Shown here: positions 11,269-23,698 of the stretch, one piece after another
How the letters are laid out: every line of letters begins with the position of its first letter
Position numbering within the stretch: the first letter of the stretch is position 1
Source of the DNA: Neodothiora populina
Lineage: Eukaryota
Assembly (NCBI RefSeq): GCF_041146345.1
Contig: NW_027191405.1
Location: 682,001 to 746,000 of the forward strand
Direction: 5' to 3'
Length of the DNA stretch: 64,000 nt
Program-made: the position numbers and the translations under genes
The notes under the pieces: generated by a model
The model's database searches: none
The model's input: only the letters and a program-made list of their open reading frames with translations
What the model was told of the DNA's origin: nothing

Positions 11269-12786
11269 ATGTTGTCTCTACCACTCATAGCTCCACAGAA
11301 TGTAAGATCCACCCCATCCATCAATATCACTGTCTCTTTCCAGCACGAGATGGATAGACCAAGAGACGATGATTAACACGAGACGCAACAGGAATACACA
11401 CTCTTCCTCTCACCCCACCTCCGCTCTCTATCCTCGACAAACGACGCCCACAACCACAACCAAAGACGACCAAACTCGTCCTCATCAGCCACGGGCAACA
11501 ACTCATCAGCAAACAACCACCAGCAGCGCAATGGACAGCACAATCACAACCGCCATGGAGCCGGACCAGGGATGCCCGCGCGCCACACTCTCCACCAGCT
11601 CGCAGCAGACGAGGCGAGCATCGCGCAGCGCAAACACAACATCTCCCATTTCGGCGCCGGGTGGGTAAAGCCGCCGGGAGTGGGCAAGACGCTGGCTGCT
11701 GAATTGGAGGAGAGAGCCGAGCGAGAGGAGCAGGCTGCGTTGGAGCGTAGGGAGCAGATGATGGCAGATTTGGCGGCGAGGCAGGAGCTGGAGGAGGCCA
11801 GGGCGAGGGCGGAACAGACCGCTGCTGCTGCTGCTGCTGCTGATGCTGCTGGTGGTACTGCTGAGGGAGAGGATGGTGGAGAGGGAGAGAGGGATTTGGA
11901 CGATGAGATTCCGGACGCGGATGAGGAGGGTGGAGAGTATGATGATGATGAGGATGAAGATGAGGACGAGGACGAGGACGACGAGGAAGAAGACATGTCC
12001 GACATGGACGTCCACGCTCACGAAAATGACCAATCCTACTCCGCCCACGAAAACGCACACGCGGCTGCGGCAGCTTCAGCAATCGGCGAAGTCACATTCA
12101 ATGACCAAAGCAGTCTACTAGAAGGCAGTTTCCTGCCCGCCGACGAAGATGACGACGAACAACAGCTGGCCGACCAAGAAGCCAAAGAGGAAGAAGAATT
12201 GCAAAGACAGCTCCAACAGCGATACGCGCGCCTCGAAGAAGCCGAACTGACGGGCGTGGCGCGAGACGAAGCAGATCTGGGCATCGAACGTGATCTAGAC
12301 GACAGCGTGCCCGAAGCAGGCGAGTATCAACATACGGACACCGAGCTCGACGAGACCACCACCATTAGTAGCAGCGAAGACGATGGGTCAGCAAGAGGCT
12401 CAGAGAACGGAGACGATGACGGGGATGTTTCACGGAACATGAATGACGATGATGGCGATAGCGAGCTCCAGGCTATGCGCTTGTCGAATGCTTCCTCAAG
12501 AAGACGCTCTAGTGGACGAGGACCACTCGGTCGCGCGGGTAGATCTACAGCTGCTTCTACGCGACGCCAGCAGCGAATGTTGTTTGCGGCTGCATCGCAA
12601 CAGCAGCAGCAGCAGCAGCACTCCGGGGGTAGACACAGTCTGGCGCGCTTCTCTGGCAGCGATAGGAGTCTGAGGAGCAGAGACATTAGTTCGTTGCTCG
12701 AGAGCTCGTTCATGGACAGTAGTCCCATTATGGGCAGGCGCCTGAGGTCGGCGAACAACAGGAGTCAGGGCGGTGGACATCGCTGA
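11269..12786 (+). CDS. Apc15/Mnd2-family anaphase-promoting complex subunit (exons 11269-11301, 11392-12786)
   Basis: MLSLPLIAPQN exon spliced in frame. Motif LAADEASIAQRKHNISHFGAGWVKPPGVGKTL is followed by a long acidic tail with ERDLDD repeats. Confidence 0.75.
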
Positions 12787-13150
12787 TTCTGTTTTCGGGT
12801 CTCAATCCCGGCAGTCTTTGCGCTGGGTAGGAAAGTCGATCAGAAGAGGAAGGGACAGAGATACCTGCCACGGTGAAAAGTCACATTCTTCAAGCAGTCG
12901 CCAAAATGATACCCAATGCCATTTGTACATGTTTCATCTGTTCTTTACAATCCATCGTGTTTGCCTTCATTGAGAACTCGAAAGAGTAGGACAAAAAAAG
13001 GCAAAATCCTCGAAAAACGCCTTCGCTATGCATGCGACACGAAAACAATCAAAGTACAGAGTCAGACCCCACTCATCAACCCCTCTTCCCTTCCTCCCTC
13101 TTCTCTCTCTTCGAAAGAGAAACCTCGAATCATTCTCTTGTTGTTGCGCC

Positions 13151-14008
13151 TCAAAACAACCACACATAGCAAAAAAGCACAATGACAGCGGCGAAAAACC
13201 CAAGCCACACCTTCCAGCCCACGCCGGTGCGCTCAGCCATTCTGAGCATTCTGTTCATCGTGCCCTTGAGCCGCGCACTGGTGTTTCCAAACTGATCATT
13301 CATTTTCTCCGCGAAGGCCGTCGAGTCGCGGATTTCGTCGCCTATGCGTAGCGTGATCTTTGGGTGTCGATTAGCCAACGAGTAGCCTTAGTCTTTGAAC
13401 TTGCTCGAGCAGTGGAAGAAGCGATGTGGCAGGGGAAAACTCACATCTTTCAACATAGCCACCTTGCCACTCAACACCGAGACCTGCTCGTCGTTCTGCG
13501 ACTCCAGCCCACTCAACACAGCATCCGAATACTGGCCTCTGGAGTTCGGCGTCGCGCTCCTCACTTGCCCTCCTCCGGGCTCGCGGCCTCCTGCTCCATA
13601 CCCTCCGTTCGCATAACTACTGCCACCGCTGACACCATACCCCGACGAGGCCTGGCCGGGATAAGCTCCGAATGAAGGGTTGTGAAGTCCGCTGTTAGCA
13701 GGCGATGCGCGAAAGGATGACGGGGGAGCGGGAGAGACAGATGTCGGGCGCGAGCGCGTCTGCTGCTGGTCGTAGCCTGAGAACAAGGAGGAGCGCGCTG
13801 CGGCTGCTGACGAGGCGGCGTCACGTTGTTGGTGGAATCTGGGAGCAGAGGTTAGGCTGGGCTTGTGGATTGGGAGGGGGTTTTTTGGGTTGCAGGCGGG
13901 CAGGTGGGTGAGTGCAAGAGGTGTTGCGAAGAGATATAGAACCACAAAAGGAGCGATTCGTGGATTGAGTGTCTGTAGAGAGTGTGTTCATCCATACCTT
14001 GACGCCAT
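13151..14008 (-). CDS. BET1: ER-Golgi Qc-SNARE Bet1 (3 exons)
   Basis: MASR micro-exon, then RSATPNSRGQYSDAVLSGLESQNDEQV, SNARE coil ITLRIGDEIRDS..., and a C-terminal TM segment WKVWLGFFAAVIVLFCYVWLF. Confidence 0.85.
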
Positions 14009-14719
14009 GATTACTATGGACTGCTTCTATAGACTAATGGCTCGCAAGCGGTGTATAGCCATCCAGGACTAGGAGTGTGCGCAACTCCGTTGTTGTCTTA
14101 TCAGACCAAGATCGCGAAGAAGAAGGCTCTGTTTCTTTCTTTGCGACCTTTGAGGGTTGGTTGCGCGCCGTCTATTGTCGTGGTTGTTTTGGCTATTGTT
14201 GCCGTTGATGATGTTGGTTAAAAGTATCAATAATAATGACGATGCGCTGGCCACCTTTTCCCCACTAAACGTAGGTTACCCCAGTTCCGGTGACAAAGGT
14301 GCCCGTGGTATACAGATGGCGACAGGTGTTTCCTTTATATTTCTTATGACGTCTCTTCGCTACCTAGATACATTGCTCAAAATAACTTCTGCTGCTCTCA
14401 AAAAGGTTACTACTACAATGCCTCTGTTAACCAATCGAAGCAATTACTGCGGTAAGGATATAGATATGGACATGGAGAAGCAGTCATATCTCGAGGGTGA
14501 CTGACCACTTGAGCACGCCAAAGTGTTTGTTCAGATGAATAGAGCAATCACGATCAGGCGATAGAGAGAGACGGATACAGTGGCACTCAGCGCATTTGCT
14601 CTTTTCATTGTTTCCTTCCAACCGGGAAAGCGAGCCTAGCTATACCGTCAACATAGCGCCCACAGCAGCGCAAACATCTACAGCATGCACAAACCAATGG
14701 CTCAACTTGACTGCATGCA

Positions 14720-16995
14720 TCACCACGCATATCTAACGTCCTCGACTTCAGCCCCTTCTGTCCAGTCCTCGTCGCCGCTCGCCTCCGAGTCGATAAAGTC
14801 ACTCTCCCTCAATTGCTGATCTTTCGGCCTCTGGTTGTCGATGCGGATATCGACAACATCACAGAGACCTTGTACGGATTTTTCCGGCGTGGCCCGCCAC
14901 TCGCTACCCTCCAAATCATTTTCGCCTGACTTGACAGAAATAGCATCGGACTTTCTGCGCCCTTTTGCGCGTCTACCTTTGCTTTTCGGCATCTCAGGCT
15001 TCGGCTCTTCTGGTGGGGGCATCGACTCCAGAATCATTTGCTGGTCCGATATTCTCTTGCTACGGCGTTTAGTCTCTCCTTCGGTCTGAGAGGCTTGGTC
15101 TTCTTCATGCGTGTTCATCGACCCAGGCTTGACTGGGGTTATCGATACCTGGCTCAGAGCTCGGCCGTGCTGGATTGGTGACACCGCTTTCACCGGTTGT
15201 TGAGACTCCTTCCACAAGCGCCAGCTCTTGAGTGAGGCGAGTCTCGGGTCAGGGTCAGCAGATTGACGAAGATAGACGCGCTGCAAACGCTCTATCCACT
15301 GGTCTCTAAATGCTGCTCGATCACGCCACGGTATGTTGATGTGCGCTTGTAATACTAAATTACGTAGGTCAGACAGTGAATCTGCTGATTCTACAAGAGA
15401 CCTGAAGAGATTTTGAGCGGAGCCAGCGCCCCTGTCGCATGTCAGCTCTCGTCAGCGTCTACTAACTCAACAAAAACTTACCATTTCGAGAGATGCACAA
15501 GCTCTAGTGTTCTGAGAGTTGTCGGCCAGGCAGGCACCTCATCCTCGAGCAATAGCTGCTCGTACTTTGGTTCGGCAAAATGTCGATATTGATTCTCTCG
15601 ATAATCAAAGAGGTCCATCTTGAGTATCTCGAGCTTGGGACATAGCATGCGCAAGTCCCTCAGAAAAGCAAGATCCATGAATGGATTGTAGTTCAGAATG
15701 AGTTCTCGCAAGGTTGACGAACCGTTTCGTGATAGACATCCGTGGAGCATATCTGAAGACAAAGTCGCGCAATTGACAAACTTTAGCCGTTCCAGATTTT
15801 CAGGTAGGCCTTGCAAAAGCTGATCGGTCAAGCAATCGCAGCTTTCAAACGACAACGAAACAAGGCTCGGCAGCGCGCAGATGGCTCTTCCGAGGATGAC
15901 GCCTGCCGGGTCCTCTTGCTCTTCTATAAGCTCAGGAAATGGAGGGACAGATGGTAGATGACTGATTTCAAGATGCCGTAAATTTTGAAACGAAGGTCTG
16001 GTGTGGACTGTGTGGATGTTCTCGCCAAAGGAAGACTCATGCCAAGGTTGGCTGTTGACAGACTCAGCCATGCAATGCCAGTTCCATCGCCAACTCTCCA
16101 GGTGTATGCCAGCTTGGTCAAGCGCGTCAAACAGCGCATCCGAATACCTCCATCTAGTCGTCCGGGCTTGCAACCAGAACGGAGGTTCATCTTGAGGATG
16201 TGAGATGATGAATTCAGTTAATTGCGGAAGATGAGAGACGAGTTCGGTAATGACATGCTTTACATCTCGCTCTCGCGGACTCTCGAGGTGGCGAACGGGC
16301 ACTTTCAAAGACTTGACCTTCATTTTATACCTAAATCCTACTCTATCATCAGGCTGCTTGACCAGCGCACACAATTCTTCTAGCCACCGATGGGCAAGCA
16401 GAGCAGGTGAGTGGTAGTAAGCGGTCAGAGCAGGCTCAGCAAAGGCGTGGCATACTTTTCGCGAAGTACGCATGATCCAAGTATTGGGGTGATGCGCTCT
16501 TCTGCTCGCAGGTGCGCCTTCCTCAATTTCAAGTTCTGCGGCAAAGGCATACTCGAATATTTGCTGAAGAATCTCATACGGAAGCTGTTGCCACTTTGGT
16601 ATTATGCCATCACTTGGTATAGTAGGCGCGATAGGAGCATTGTCCTTCGGTGCATGCTTGGAGTTTGACTTTCGCCCAGGTGCATTTCGCGGCGGCCGAC
16701 CTGAACCAGCAGAGGCGGTTTTTCTAGCAGCCTCTGATCGAGTTTCACGTTGGAGTGGTTGTTGTCTCCTGCGACTATTTGCTGATTGTCTCACTCGTTT
16801 GCGAGCGGGTTGTTCATCCAGTGCTTCGGTATCCACATGTTCTGCACCGTCTACATGGTCGCCTGTTGATGATTCGGCGTCGTCGGAAAAAGCAAAGTCA
16901 TCGTCGGTGTCCGGGTCTACGTATTTGGACCGCTTATGCTTACGGGTGACCGCCTGTCGCACCGACCTCCGTTTGTTCGAACCCTCTCCCGCCAT
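14720..16995 (-). CDS. Hypothetical F-box-like / leucine-rich-repeat (RNI-like) protein (2 exons)
   Basis: F-box-like WQQLPYEILQQIFEYA and LRR-like LPSLVSLSFESC / LRELILNYN / LEILKMDL. A GTAAGT...CAG intron near 15433-15481 joins the two ORFs in frame. Confidence 0.65.
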
Positions 16996-17985
16996 TATTT
17001 TCTTTACAGTAGAGTCATCGATCTCGGACTAGTACCAAGTCATTTGCGCACACCAAGTAAAAGAGGCAGTCCCTATAAGTTCTCTGGTTCTGTCCACGAG
17101 ATCTGGGAAGCAGCGCACGTGAATCTTGCTGTATAGTGAACGAGAGAGTAGTAGTGTGGCTAGACTTTGGGGTTCGAAGGGCAAAAAGAGGCAGATAGAT
17201 GTCGATGACGAACCCCTGCACGGCAATTGGCATTTGATTGCGTGCAGTGGAGAGAGATTTGCGGGAGAGCGGCCGCTAGAGCAGCGGAGCGCACCCTTGT
17301 TAGGGCCGCTTTCGGGTCCACCACGAGATGTTCTCTTGGCATCAGACTGACTGCTCGCCTCATACCTTATATATATTGGAGTTATGGAAATCATTGTATA
17401 CACAATGGTGTCTGCAATCTTCCCTCGAGATGTTGAACAGTCGTTGCTCTGAATAGATACATGACCGCACGTCAATATCTGCTTTCCAACCTCGTTCCTT
17501 ATTACCACATGCATTGTGCGTTGCGAAAGCCCATGGCAGCCACTATATCGTTTCTAGTCTTCAAGAAGACACTCATTTGGATCGCTACGTTGCGGCTTTG
17601 TTTTCATGGTCTAAAGTGGTCTAGACTTGTCGCTCAGTATCACTCTTTATTAACATCCTTTGTGCTCGTATGAGACCTAAGTGAACATACCATTTCTCCA
17701 GCTGAAGAATCATGCATATGCACGTCAAGAGCAATATATACACGGACATTTGACAGAACTTGCAGCTATATACATGCTGTGTTCATAAAAACAGTAACAG
17801 TAAACGAAGACAAGAAGCAAAACCCAGCGTGATGCAGTGAGCGCAAAAGACAACAAGTAAAGAATCAATGCACCAGACAATCAAAGGGGAAAGGAAAAAA
17901 AAAGGATACAGCCAAATGCCACAACGTCTCTCGCTCTGCTTTCAACAGGTCAAAATCTCGTTGAAACACAGACTCACACAAATTT

Positions 17986-18927
17986 TCAACGTCCCTTCCG
18001 ATAGGTAGCCCACATGTCTGCAATCCTCGCCTGCTGTAACGGCGTGAAGTTCGTATAACAAGCATCGGTGGAATAGTCCATATAATTATGAACAGCATCG
18101 ACGCCAGTAGCAGCCGGACAGCTATCCTTGGCAGGCTTAGTGGGACACCCATCAGTGCTGGTCGACTGCATGGGAGTATCGGCTATGAAGTCGCCGTCGC
18201 CGGTACAGCTGTAGCCTTCAAAGACATGCAGAAGTCCCAGCCAGTGACCTGTCTCGTGCACGGCGGTCTTGCCGAGATTGTAGCCTTGGATCACGCCGCC
18301 CGGCATGGTGCCTGCTTGCACATTGCAGCCGTCTTGGAAGTAGGTCTTGGGGTCGACGGGGGCGGCGCCGATGTCTGAGGGCAGAGAACATGTTCCGAGT
18401 ATGCTGCCGTAGAGGTCGGTCTGGAAGTAGATGTTGAGGGTCGAGTAGGAGCCCTGGCGCAGGGACGACTTCATGGCGTCGTTGTCGCTGCCTTGGCCGA
18501 CGGCCCATGCATCGTTGACGGTGAAAGTGGCGTTGACAAGGATGAAGTTCACGTTGTAGGGATTGTAGACTTCGTTCATGACGGCGATTTGTTTGTCTGC
18601 CATGGCTTGCGTTATGCTTCCTGCCGAAGACGTCTTGGTGACGACGTGAAAGACTGCGTTGGCGTCGATCATGCTGGTGTCGCGCGAGTGTAAGCCTGGT
18701 TTGTGCAACAGACTCCCTGGTTTGAATATGCCATGGTGCATGGCGCGAACGGTGTCGTTGAAGTGATCGCTCCCATGCTTCGCGCTGACACCGCAGTCGA
18801 AATGCTTGTAACTTGTGTCGTAGTCAGTGGTGGTACCATTAGGTGCAGTTATATCAGCATGCTGCTTGGTCGCACTAGCAGAAGTGGCAAGGGCTGTCAT
18901 GCCATTGAGCATGAGATAGGTACGCAT
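17986..18927 (-). CDS. Secreted M43 (pappalysin/Mep1-like) zinc metalloprotease
   Basis: Zinc motif HETGHWLGLLHVF, Met-turn HNYMDYS, and an N-terminal signal-like segment from MRTYLML. Confidence 0.9.
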   Translation of the reverse strand: MRTYLMLNGMTALATSASATKQHADITAPNGTTTDYDTSYKHFDCGVSAKHGSDHFNDTVRAMHHGIFKPGSLLHKPGLHSRDTSMIDANAVFHVVTKTSSAGSITQAMADKQIAVMNEVYNPYNVNFILVNATFTVNDAWAVGQGSDNDAMKSSLRQGSYSTLNIYFQTDLYGSILGTCSLPSDIGAAPVDPKTYFQDGCNVQAGTMPGGVIQGYNLGKTAVHETGHWLGLLHVFEGYSCTGDGDFIADTPMQSTSTDGCPTKPAKDSCPAATGVDAVHNYMDYSTDACYTNFTPLQQARIADMWATYRKGR

Positions 18928-19677
18928 ATTGATAAGACCCAGATGATATGGAGTATGAAAATGAAAAAGGTATGTACAGTGAAGGCAATGCAATATCAAC
19001 AATATCAATCAAACAGCAGCGGCTCCCGGAAAGAAGTATGTTCGCAGCGCAGAACCTTGTCCGGCAAACTGAAGGTGTACCAATGTGATGTGGATATGGA
19101 ATGGATCCGAGTCCATGGGATGCAGGCTGTCTTTTTATGTAGCTACCGGACTGCTGGACTTGTATCAAAGGCAACTCTTACCTATCTTGCGATATGGTCA
19201 AGGGAGTGAAGAGACGTTTGCAGGTGCTTTAAAACACGAGTACATAAAAACAAAGAAAGCGCTCACCACGAGGCGTTGCATTTCGGCCAGCCCAGATCCA
19301 AGGTGGCGTGATATTCGAGTGCAGAGATCAATGTGTTTCGAGGAATCAAGAAATGGAGACCTGAAAAGAGAACGGACGGATTTCAAAGGAAAGCATACTT
19401 ACTGACAGCGGACAGCATCGACACGCCTAGTACGATCACTCTCGCTTATGCGTCTGCAAGGGCGCGAAGGAAAAGCAATGACTTGACAATATCACCTTCG
19501 ATGGCAAAGACAATAATTGGAGTGAATGACTGCGGTCGTTGCATTTTCGGAAATAAAAGATAAAAACCCCATATATGACAAATATCCAGCCTGCCTTACT
19601 GCTCAAACGCCTGAGAAACTTCCTGGTGAACGGTATCGAAACGTGCAAATCATGAAGGGAAGGCAAAGGAGCTAGAC

Positions 19678-21345
19678 TCAAGCTGGTGGTCGGGATGACC
19701 TTCCTGTGGTGGTGGCGACGCTCGGCTGGTCGTTGTTCCAGCTCAAGTAGGTATGGTCGCCGAGTTTCCTGGAGGGAGCGTGTGAGTCGGCAAGCTTTGT
19801 CAAGCAAATTGCAAAAAGAAAAGACTAACCTGGGCTTGATCAGGTGTGTTACGGTGAACAAAGCACCCAGACCAATGCAGACACCAGCGACTACGATGTA
19901 GGCTATGCCGAGGAAAGGGTTGCGGCCACCCATGACTGTACGAGTACTGATCAGGATTGACTTGGTACCGTCGTAGATGGTGACAGGGAAATCTGTATTG
20001 AGATGATCAGCGTAAGCTCAGAATGATTCGTGCTTCATCGCAAACTCACAGTCGTAAATGTCGAGCTGGTATTGACCACTGGTCATGACATCATGATCGT
20101 TCCTCAGAGCCAGTTTGCTGAATGTAGGGAGACCGGCGGTGCGCATCCAGACCTGGAACTCTTCCCATGTGTGCAGGGAAGGAATGGGAAAGTCGGCGTT
20201 GTAGGTAGGGAACTTCTTCCTCCAGTTGCGTGGGGGCACGACATCGTTGACAGTGTATGCAGTTGGCTTGTACAGATCTTTGTCGCTGTCCCAGGCGATT
20301 CCTTTGTTGCTCATCTGGTAGGTCTGGTTCTGTTCATTGGACGACGGGTTGAGGAGGACAGGGCTGAAGAAAGTATCGTTGAAAAGCGAGTTTGCAATCA
20401 GACCGCAAGGATAGTAAGTCTTGTTGGTCTCGGGATCGAGCTTCAAAGGATCGCAATCACTGCTGTCGATGGTATCGTTGGTGCGGAAGTCACCCTTGAG
20501 CTGGTCCTGGTCGAAAGACTTGACGTATCTACGGTGGTTTTGGAAGAAGTTTGTGAGGCGATAATAGAGAAAGACGGGAGCCTTGAGATCATCTGGGATA
20601 TTGAATTGAAGCTTGCAGACATCAGTCAAGACATCAGCGCCGGGACCATAGTTGACAGTGGTCTGGTTGCGCGACCACTGGGGAGGAGTCGTCGAGACAG
20701 GAGTGCTGTTTTTGAAATAAGTCGTGATATGATCCGAAGGGATGTTGGCCCATCTGGGATATAAGGGAGCGTCGCGTATACAGTCTTGATACTCGATGGA
20801 CAGTTCTTGTACCTGTAGATGCCGAATAAAAGGCAGGAATGTTAGATTACAGCCGTTTGTGGATTCTGCCTCGTCGCTCCTTCCTCTTCTGAATAACGCA
20901 CCTGAGCACTAGCATACAGCAGCAGGCCGCCTATGGGCGCAAAGATGATTCCGACGGCGAAGAACAATGGCAGCACCGTCTTGGGGGTGAGAATTGGTCT
21001 ATTTCACAAATATCACAAGTCAGCCATGAATTCTTGTCCGTACGGGTACGCGCGGGGCGACGCGCAATGCGTAATGGAAGTGGAAGATGGTGTTACTGAC
21101 TGCCATGCCTTGAGTCGCTGTTGCCGGAAAGCGGTATCTACAACAGTATCATGTCAGCCGCCTCCATGCAAGTCGTCCTCGATGTATCAAGATATTATAG
21201 ATTGTCGGCGTTTATTGTAGACGACAACAACAACGTTTCCCAGGCTGGCGAGGGGTTTGGCCTTACTTGCTGGTCTTCGGCTCTTGTTCTTCTTCTCGCC
21301 CTCATCCATGTGCGGGTCTTGGTCGTCTATAGATGAATTGTCCAT
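19678..21345 (-). CDS. CDC50: CDC50/LEM3 family P4-ATPase flippase beta subunit (multi-exon)
   Basis: Motifs [68 protein letters not shown] and [11 protein letters not shown]. Confidence 0.92.
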
Positions 21346-22318
21346 GTTTACTTGCGCTCCTGTTGTCTATGCTGCTCGCAGATCGAAAGTAGTAGGTGGA
21401 AGTGGCTGTGCAACAGATGTAGACGGGTGTTCGAGGTAAAAGCAATGTACAGTATCAGACAGGTTAATGTACGAGCAGCATTACGAAGCCGCTACCGTCG
21501 GGTGTTGCGCCAAGCTCTGATTTGCATACTATAAACGTCCGCAAGTAACTCAGATAACCCCGGCTGGAGAGTATCCGCATTTCCCTTATTGTATCTACAG
21601 TACCTAGTTACATATATACACTCGCAGATACTGCTGCGGATGCTCACCTTGCACCAAGAAGCACATTGAAGAACGCGATGGAGCTATGTGCAGCAAGGCG
21701 CGACGCCACGAATCCCATGTCCTGTTCTTTGCCACAAAAGACGACCAAAACGGGGTATGCCAATAATAAGATCTTATCAGATGCAGGGGCAGCATATACC
21801 TCGAGCTGAACTATCTGAGATACCCTTTGACAATCCGTGGCAGTAAAAATAATGGCAAGTCCGCCGTGTGCACTACGCAGTATTTCTTCATAAAGAAAAA
21901 TTGCATTCTCAATGGTGCTGGGGGAGCTAAGCTACCTAACCGGGGGTATCATGCTATGGCCTGATGTGCAAACCGAAAAAAAGGGTAAGAGTAAAGAGAG
22001 CCAAATTATCCTCGCTATCCCAAATTGATCAAACGCCTGAGCCGAAGTTGTATACCGAGAGTGGAAAAGGAAAGAGTATGAGCATTCGTGACATGAGTCT
22101 GAAATGTGCACCTTGATGCAACACTCTCCCTGCTCGAAGTAGAGGGTTCGTATGTGTGTTCATGAGTCGTAAATTCAAAAGCGCATAAAATGAAGATATT
22201 GATGTATCATCGTAAGTTATGTGTGGGATCAGGATTTCGCTGGTGACCTGGCAGAAGCTTCAAGCCCATCGTCTTCATGGTGCTCAACTTCAAACGATGT
22301 GAAGAGATATAAGCATGC

Positions 22319-23698
22319 TCACACCACACGGGTGAGATAGGGTTGCATATGAGACGACTCAAGCCATCCGACGCTGTTGAAAGCTTTCCACATACTGCTG
22401 GTTTTGTTGACGTCTGCGCCAACCACACCATGCACGTCAGGGCCCTTGCACTGTTGCTGTGCGGCATTGATGTTGTACGTCTGCTTACGACCCTCAAATT
22501 CGAGTCGTCCGGCGAAGAATCGACGCTTGAGATAGAGGTAACGAGAGCAGGTCAGTGCAAGTTTCGTTGCCAGTTTGACTTCTTTGTCATGCAAGAGACC
22601 TCGGTCGGGGTCGCTGTCGAGATTCAAGGGTTTGCCACCCCAACTCGCTACAAAGTTCACCTTTGGGTCGTCCAACGAGCGTACATTAGGCGTGTAGTCC
22701 TTGTACAAGTTGTAGTGAACATCTGGCTCATCTGACGTTGGCTTAGTCTTCTTGACATGCGGCGCTGGCGTAGCCCGTTTGGCAGTCGGTTTGCGCTCGG
22801 GTTTTGGAGTGGTGTGCACAAAAGGCATGTCGAAAGCTGTCAATGGAGCTTCGCGTGGAGTGGTACGAGTACCCGCGACGCTGGTATCCTGGCCTTCTCT
22901 TCTTCTCTGACGCTTTGCAGAAAGCCCTTGTGCAGCGCTATCCCGCCTGTCTGCTGTCCGCTTGCCAAGTCTTGGTGACAGATCATTGCCCTGGGATGAT
23001 CCTTTGCGAACCATTTCTGTCCCCTGCGAGCCCGTCTTCTTGACTGATGGCCAATAATTCTCGTCTTCCTCTCTCCTGTCTTGGTACCACTTTACCGGGT
23101 TGGCAATGGCCATAGCCCATATACTTGACTGTGCGGGCCGTGCTGGTTCGCTGGGATGTGATTCGGGAGCCTGGAAGGGAACGCATTTTCTCTGCCGCGG
23201 CGTGATTTTCGTAACCAAGTCGGCTTTTGGCAAATACTGCTGGGTTGGGGGAGGGAAAAGCGGTGGATGGTGCTCATCTGCGGTCGCACGTGCGCGCGTC
23301 TGCTCTGGGAAAAGTTGTGGATCGTTGTAGAAATTTCCATTCTGTATGAGAACAGGGCTGCCTAGGAATCCGTTGTAGGAGCCAGCAGGCATATGCGGAG
23401 ACGTCGAAGGTGACATCGGGTGCTGCAAAGCCTCATGGAGAGGGGGTAGGGTTAGGCCTGCATTATTCGGCGACTTATGTTGATATCGAGACACTGGTGA
23501 AGAGGGTATGATCGAATCATTCATTTCATCGATCGGCGAAGGATAAGCGCTCTCGGCTTGAACCTTGCCTCCTGACTTCTTTGCGTCCATGTTCTGAGGA
23601 TCAAATGTCGGGGGCTGGCTCGAGTGTTGATCGAGTACCTGATGATAGTCGTTGTGTGGTGTTTTGTATTGAGGCGTTTTGAGAGGCTGGAAATCCAT
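22319..23698 (-). CDS. SWIRM-domain protein (Fun19/Laf1-like)
   Basis: C-terminal SWIRM-like segment WGGKPLNLDSDPDRGLLHDKEVKLATKLALTCSRYLYLKRRFF...AAQQQC...DVNKTSSMWKAFNSVGWL, with a disordered Pro/Ser-rich N-terminus. The first ATG is at 23698. Confidence 0.8.
   Translation of the reverse strand: MDFQPLKTPQYKTPHNDYHQVLDQHSSQPPTFDPQNMDAKKSGGKVQAESAYPSPIDEMNDSIIPSSPVSRYQHKSPNNAGLTLPPLHEALQHPMSPSTSPHMPAGSYNGFLGSPVLIQNGNFYNDPQLFPEQTRARATADEHHPPLFPPPTQQYLPKADLVTKITPRQRKCVPFQAPESHPSEPARPAQSSIWAMAIANPVKWYQDRREEDENYWPSVKKTGSQGTEMVRKGSSQGNDLSPRLGKRTADRRDSAAQGLSAKRQRRREGQDTSVAGTRTTPREAPLTAFDMPFVHTTPKPERKPTAKRATPAPHVKKTKPTSDEPDVHYNLYKDYTPNVRSLDDPKVNFVASWGGKPLNLDSDPDRGLLHDKEVKLATKLALTCSRYLYLKRRFFAGRLEFEGRKQTYNINAAQQQCKGPDVHGVVGADVNKTSSMWKAFNSVGWLESSHMQPYLTRVV

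Noticed and set aside
11327..12082. Overlapping minus-strand ORFs with poly-Q/S/H tracts
   Set aside because: They are alternative-frame readings of trinucleotide repeats in the APC15-like gene.
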